Shown here one piece after another: positions 57,081 to 64,000 of a stretch of 64,000 nucleotides of DNA (positions within the stretch are counted from its first letter, which is position 1; each line of letters opens with the position of its first letter). The notes under the pieces were generated by a model. The model had not been told where the DNA came from, ran no database searches, and saw nothing but the letters and a program-made list of their open reading frames with translations. Source of the DNA: Octopus vulgaris (Eukaryota); the NCBI GenBank assembly GCA_951406725.2, contig OX597825.1, forward strand, positions 73,656,001 through 73,720,000. The letters run 5' to 3'. A program made the translations under genes and the position numbers.

Positions 57081-57615
57081 TTGTCTGTATTTAGGTACGG
57101 AAATTTATGTTTTAAGTTGAAATCGTATCTTTAGCCGCTTAGTCTCGGAACAGTCTTCACTGAACAGCCCTATGATCATCTACCTTTTTTAGTCTCCAAG
57201 CCTAGTGTATCTAGAAGTACATTCTTTAAAAGTCATTCAATTTAAAAAAAAAAAACCCAGAAAAAACAAAAGCAACAAAAAACCAACCACAACAAAATAA
57301 AACATTAAAGTATAAAACGGGAAAGATTTTGTTGCTATATTTAGCAGTCCGTGTGACCATATAGGGAGTGCTCGTTGCCTTAGCGATGGCTGCTTCTTTT
57401 TTGCCACGGGTAATAGTATAAAGACGCCCAAGTTTAAATAATTGGTGAGTATTAAATGAAAACTGAATCACCTCATAGTAATCAAAATGTTCATTTATAA
57501 CAAAGTCTTGTAGGGCTTCTCTGGTAGATTGCTTCGAAATTAAAATCAGCCACCTAGAAGTAATTACTGATTGTAATATTCCAACGTTTCAAAACTAATA
57601 AATAGTAGTAGTAGC

Positions 57616-57650
<35 letters not shown>

Positions 57651-57652
<2 letters not shown>

Positions 57653-57848
57653 TTACTATTTTTATTACTATTATTACTAACAACATTATTATTATCATCA
57701 TCATCATCATCATTGGGAACTGGGGTCAATGTAATCGATTAGCCCCTGCCTCTAAATTTCATGCCTCGTGCCTATAGTAGATAAGATTATTATTATTATT
57801 ATTATTGTTATTATTATTATTATTATTATTATTGTTATTATTATAAGC

Positions 57849-57891
<43 letters not shown>

Positions 57892-57907
57892 CTAGTAGTA
57901 GTAGTAG

Positions 57908-57947
<40 letters not shown>

Positions 57948-58070
57948 GCTGCTGCTTATAATAATAATGATAATAATAATAATCCTTTCTACTATGGGCA
58001 CGAGGCATGAAAATTGGGGGCAGGGGCTAATCGATTACTTTGACCTCAGTTCCTAATGATGATGATGATA

Positions 58071-58105
<35 letters not shown>

Positions 58106-58143
58106 AATGTTGTTAGTAATAATAGTAATAAAAATAGTAATAA
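57651..58143. repeat. ~490-bp spacerless imperfect palindrome (inverted duplication of a SINE tail and microsatellites)
   Basis: Centre AGT|ACT at 57908/57909; SINE tail 57715-57790 is mirrored at 57978-58056. Confidence 0.9.
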
Positions 58144-58516
58144 TGACAACAGTAATAATAATAATAATAATGATGACGACGACGACGACGATAACGACGG
58201 AAACGATGACGATGATGACGATGATGACGATAATGATGATGAAGAGGATGATGATGATGATGATGGCGATGATCGTTTTCTCCTTCGATAGAGGTTAACC
58301 GTAAATAATTAATATCTGCAGCAAAACTGATTAATTAGTCTAAAATATTATTCTGGGAATATGGATGATAGTGCTACGGCAAAAGGCGTAACGGACCGTC
58401 AAGTTCCCATAAGAAATCCGTGAAGTAATGGATATCATGTATTTAATTGTCATCATTAATGAGATCAGGCCAAAGCCTGAGGATAAGGGCAGGGTGCAGA
58501 ATTGGTATAGCTTATG

Positions 58517-58907
58517 AAGGCGGCGAGCTGGCAGAGACGTTAGCACGCCGGGCGAAATGCTTACCGGTATTTCGTCCGCCGAGGTCGACTTTGTCTCTCA
58601 TCCTCTCGGGGTCGATAAATTAAGTACCAGTTACGCACTGGGGTCGATGTAATCGACTTAATACCTATGTCTGTCCTTGTTTGTACTCTCTGTGTTTAGC
58701 CCCTTGTGGGTAATAAAGAAATAGGTATTTCGTCTGCCGTTACGTTGTGAGTTCAAATTCCGCCGAGGTCGACTTTGTCTTTCATCCTTTCGGGGTCGAT
58801 TAAATAAGTACCAGTTACGCACTAGGGTCGATGTAATCGACTTAATACCTATGTCTGTCCTTGTTTGTCCCCTCTATGTTTAGCCCCTTGTGGGTAATAA
58901 AGAAATA
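58517..58907 (+). mobile_element. SINE family A dimer
   Basis: Head plus two cores; TSD GGTATAGCT (58504-58512, 58908-58916). Confidence 0.92.
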
Positions 58908-59521
58908 GGTATAGCTCACGATTTTAAAGGGGAGGAGGACTACTCTCTTGCTCTCTCTCTCTCTTCTGAGAGATACTTTTCTATAGTCTTTTATCTTTTA
59001 CTTGCACCAGACATTGGATTGCGGCCATGGTGGAGCACCACCTTAAAGATTAAGATGTTTAGTCGAAAAGAAATTGACTGTAGTACATATTTTTAAAAGT
59101 CAGGACTATATTAGGTTGGTCTCTTTTGTGGATCTGTTCAGTAACGGGGACGTAAAGAAAGCAGCTCCACAAGTGATGGCGAAGACTAATACCAAAACAA
59201 GCACACACACAGGCACATATATAGGATGGGTTTCCCCCAGTTTCCCTTTACCAAATTTAGTCACAAGGTGTTGGTTGGCCCAAGACTATCATAGAAACAT
59301 TTGCTCAAATGTCTTCTACTATGGCCTCCGGCCAACCAAAAGCCTTGTGAGTGGATATGGTAGACGAAAACTGAGAGTGTATACATATATATATATATAT
59401 ATGTATACACTAGTGCCCTTCTGTCCGGCACTAGTCTCCATGATAGATCGTTAGCCACTACACACATTTTTTCTGTCCTTTTTTTTCTCTCTTTGTTTCT
59501 CTCCTTGTTTTTTCTGTGTCC

Positions 59522-59557
59522 CTTTCTGTAGAAGAGCGTAGGCTCGAAACGTAAAAG
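59522..59557 (+). ncRNA. Minimal hammerhead-like motif with U at core position 6 (in element ~59410-59650)
   Basis: CTTT-CTGTAGA-A-GAGC-GTAG-GCTC-GAAAC-GTA-AAAG. Confidence 0.55.
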
Positions 59558-59647
59558 ACTTTTTCTATTCCTGAGCGTTATACTAATACATCTGTTTGTT
59601 TTGTACACCACCTGTCTTCGTCTATTGTCTTTTTCGTAAATTCTCCC

Positions 59648-59686
<39 letters not shown>

Positions 59687-60184
59687 GGGGGAATGGAGAG
59701 ATGGAGTGAGAGAGACAGTAGGAGAGAGAATATTGTCTCTGATCATAGGCCTGCTCAATGATATCTGACTTGCGGTTGTAAATTCCTCAATTTACGAATC
59801 TTTGACGAACATGCTAGTTGTCTCTTAACCTAGATATATAAAAAATATTCAAGAATCTCTGAAAAACATGCATCTTAATCTCTTAATCTGTTACATATAG
59901 TAGTAAAAGATTCCTCCAAATTACATTCTACTATCTTGAGGAAATGTGGGGACACGACTTCTGTGAGAATAAATTATCATAGAATACCTCTGGTCTTACC
60001 ACTGTTCAGTCATGGCTTGCCTGTAGAGCTAAGTACAGCAGCAAAACCTAAATGATAGCTTCGTTATGACTTACAAGCCTCCTTTTGACACGAGTCGCCA
60101 TTGTAAATCCAGTGTCTTTGTCATTAAAACATTTTAAAGACATCAATTTAAATAACGAATTAAATAGAGGTTTGAATTAGCGAA

Positions 60185-60299
60185 GTGAAAGTGGTGGCGG
60201 CGGCGATGGTAGTGGTGGTGGAGATGCTGGTGATTGTGGTGGTAGGGGTGATGGGGATGATGATAGTGGTGATAGTGATGGTGACGATATTAGGGATAG

Positions 60300-60334
<35 letters not shown>

Positions 60335-60983
60335 GTAGTGGTGATAAAGATGGTTGTAGCGGTAGTGGTGGTGGTGGTGGTGGTAGTGTTGGTGTTGGTG
60401 GTGTTGATGGTAATGGTGGGGAATGATGGTGATGGTGGGGTTGATGGTGGTTGGCTTGAAATGACCGAGAGGGCGTCATCAATTCTGATAGTTCATTACT
60501 GAAACGGTCTTTGAAGAAAGGAAAAAAGATGTCTGTAGATAAACGAGGACAACTACGACGGTGGCGGTGGCGACGGCGACGGTGATTGCGACGACGACGA
60601 CAAAAACAGCAACAACAACAGCAACAACAACAACAGCAACAGACAAAAAACATCAGCAACAACAAAAACTTCGTTTAAATGTGGATCTTTGAAGAGATTA
60701 ACGGTTTTGCTTTGGTTTCCTTTGCTCCTGTTTTGGATTTTTTTTCTGAGTAGTTTTCTAGTTCAATGTTCAGTTACAAATCATCATCATCTTCAACATC
60801 GTCAAAATCATCGTCATCGTCATCATCGTCATCATTATCATCATCAACATCATCGTCATCATCGTCATCATCGTCATCGTTATAATCATCATCATCATTA
60901 TCATCATCAACATCATCGTCGTCGTCGTCGTCATCATCATCATCGTCGTCGTCGTCATCATCATCATCATCATCATCATCATT

Positions 60984-61018
<35 letters not shown>

Positions 61019-61213
61019 AGTCGTCGTCATCATCATCATCACCATCATCATCATCGTTGTCGTCATCTTTGTTATCGTCAGTGTCGTCGTCATCGCCGTT
61101 ATTATTATTATTATTATTATTGTTGTTGTTGTTGTGATTATTATCATCATCATCATCATCAGCAGCAGCATCATCATCATCATTATTATTACTATTATTA
61201 TTATTATTATTAA

Positions 61214-61300
<87 letters not shown>

Positions 61301-61314
61301 TATTATTATTATTA

Positions 61315-61381
<67 letters not shown>

Positions 61382-61408
61382 TATTATTATTATTATTGTT
61401 ATTATTAA

Positions 61409-61447
<39 letters not shown>
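60185..61447. repeat. Large compound trinucleotide region (GAT/GGT, CAA, CAT/CGT, TTA)
   Basis: Direct reading. Confidence 0.95.
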
Positions 61448-61673
61448 GCAAAATTCATGGAAACGTATTTAGATCGCTAAACTGCTTGTAGAAATATTCC
61501 GAGGATATAGGGGTAACCGGGTTGAATATATGAATATTTAAAAGCGTAAAGTAAATAAATAGATAAAAAAATCCTTTAAAAAAAAGCAATAAATAAAACA
61601 ATAAAAGTGAGAGTCAGGGAAGAGAGAAAGAGAGAAGGGAATGGAGAGAGAGAGAGAGAGAGAGAGAAATGGA

Positions 61674-61713
<40 letters not shown>

Positions 61714-61937
61714 ATAAGGGAAATGTTGAACTTGGAATATAGAATTTAAAGAAATAATATTTTTCGTTTATTTCGAAATTTCAATATTTATAATAAATAA
61801 ACTTTGGATTATGTCTATTTCTGCGATTATATCTTCGGCTAATCTCTATCTCTCTCTCTCTCGCTCTTTCAAAAAAAAAAAAATAAATAAACGTGGAAAG
61901 AAAATGTTCGCGTTGCTATGGTATTGAATATAAAATG

Positions 61938-62034
<97 letters not shown>

Positions 62035-62469
62035 TCTTTTTGTTTCTCTTCTACAGTCACAGATATTTCCTCAGATTGGCAAAAGGTTGTGAAGACGAGT
62101 GGTAAAGGGTGTTGTCCCCAAGGGCGCGGGTTCGATATCCAGACTCGGCGTTGTGTTGAGTTCTTGATCAAACGTTTCATTTCATTTTGTTGCATTCCTA
62201 TAACCAGGAATGCTGTGATTTCGGCCCCTTATATTCCATTTGGCTTCTTATATGCCAAGTAACCGGACCTCTTGAGTTCTAGGATTCGAGACGGTACCTT
62301 CTGATACAAGGTTACAAATTTGCTGGATTGGGGTGGGATGTGATAGTGACGGGTGGATGGATGGATGGATGGATGATGGACGTGCAGGGAGAATCATTTA
62401 GACTGGGCCCTAACGCAAAATTGGCATTCGATTTTAACGATTAAATCCCGTTGGAGGAATTTTGGCTTC

Positions 62470-62635
62470 TAATTTTAGCACAAATTTTGAAGGAGCAGGG
62501 TAGTCGACTCCAGCACTCCAGCACTCAATTGGTACTTAATTTATCGACCCCGAAAGGATGAAAGGCAGAGCCGACCTCGGCGGAATTTGAACTCAGAACG
62601 CAGACCGTGCTAACGATCCTGCCAACTCGCCACCA
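62470..62635 (-). mobile_element. SINE family A, internally deleted
   Basis: GGTACTTAATTTATCGACCCCGAAAGGATGAAAGGCA core. Confidence 0.85.
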
Positions 62636-63484
62636 AGGATTGGAGGAATATTAAAGTTGTCCTCTAGTGGAATTCGAACTTAGAACGTAAAGAAACACCA
62701 CAGAATAAGCAAAAGGATGAAATCCAGTTAAGTGCATTCGGATTTTATCCCCCAAGAATTCACTTTATAGATTTTCCATTTGAAATAACTTATTTCCATT
62801 CACGACATTTATTCCGCTTAAAATAGTTTGCTTACACTTCGCTTGGGAATCATCCATTCGTTCGTTTTCTCTTCAGAGGGTTAAGTGTGGGCGGCCACTG
62901 GATTCAAACGATGCAACTGTACTTTCTAATTATTCGGTCTGTTCAGTTAGCGGATACATCATCAAAAGAGTCCAGTGCTTAATCTCCAGTAATTTATTCA
63001 TAGTTCGGTTCATTGACGAAACCTTTAGGGCGTTAGACAAATGAGTTGCTTTAATTACTGATGAGATTTTGGAGCTTGTTGTTGTGGTTGTTGTTGTTGG
63101 GTTTTCAGGTTCAATCCTTGCTGAGATCATATTTGCTTTTCACCCTTCCATGGAGGCGGTACAATATCAATCAATTACCGGCAATTGTTTCGTCTGTCTT
63201 TTCCTCTTGCCTGTCTTTAAGTATCGGTCTACATACTGCATCGTGAAATCATCATGGAGGATCACCTACAGACATTTCTTCTATCCCTGAAGACTGAGAT
63301 TTTAATCTTAGACATTGTAACACCTTCTCACCGAGCGTGCCACGCACACACACACACACACGCACACACATGCAGATAAATTGTGTGCGCCTCAGTGATG
63401 TGCGCATGTCACATTCTATACTTGTATAGAACCCCACTTTCGCGAGGGAAGTACAAATACACTCTGTTCGAAATTATTCCATTA

Positions 63485-63758
63485 GCGCAAGCGTGGCTGC
63501 GTGGTTAAAAGGACATACTTCTCAACCACATGGTCTTGGTTTGAGTCCCAATGTAACGCACCTTGGCTAAGTGTTTCTCCGGGGTGGGGGGGATCAAATT
63601 TTAGGAGTGGCTGTGTGATAAGTAGCTTGCTTACGAACCACATAGCTCCGGGTTCAGTTCCACTGTGTGGCACCTTGGGCAAGTGTCTTCTACCATAGCC
63701 TCGGGTTGACCAAAGCCTTATGAGTGGATTTGGTAGATGGAAACTGAAAGAAGCCCGT

Positions 63759-63840
<82 letters not shown>

Positions 63841-63960
63841 TGTATGTATGTGTGTTTGTTTGTGTGTCTGTGTTTGTCCTTCCAACATCGCTTGACAACC
63901 GATACTGGTGTGTTTATGTCCCCATAATTTAGCGGTTCGGCAAAACGCCGATAGAATAAA
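63485..63960 (+). mobile_element. SINE family B (older head followed by a near-full copy from ~63602)
   Basis: Collinear with 4733-5103. Confidence 0.88.
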
Positions 63961-64000
63961 AAGCAGTTCTACTTATATACACTATCTAAACCGTTGTATC

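Noticed and set aside
60689-61213. ORF with hydrophobic N-terminus and poly-His (MKRLTVLLWFPLLLFW...)
   Set aside because: It starts at TTG, the hydrophobic part comes from T-rich sequence, and the rest is CAT/CGT/TAT microsatellite.
63284-63322. CTGAAGA followed by a hairpin
   Set aside because: No GAAA and no stem I.

Overview
This window is AT-rich eukaryotic (animal) genomic DNA dominated by microsatellites ((TA)n, (TAA)n, (GAT)n, (TATC)n, (TACA)n, (GA)n) and three tRNA-derived SINE families. The repeat content points to a coleoid cephalopod, most likely Octopus (inference). Almost every ORF in the track is a microsatellite or SINE artefact. Protein-like sequence is limited to decayed transposon pieces (hAT transposase C-terminus ~16.7-17.0 kb, mariner transposase C-terminus ~35.7-36.0 kb, a Penelope-like WYNPP motif ~42.05 kb) and one well-bounded minus-strand exon encoding a signal peptide (21065-21160). 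The most striking signal not explained by the ORF track is a set of at least five unrelated small elements, each sitting in or beside a (TA)n tract and carrying a type I hammerhead-ribozyme fold, often inside inverted repeats. One of them has a compensated U3:A8 core. Alongside these are several long fold-back palindromes (96-bp and 170-bp arms with 21-22-nt loops, and a ~490-bp spacerless palindrome) and an inverted pair of MITEs with telomere-like repeats. All structures were read by eye; no searches or folding programs were run.
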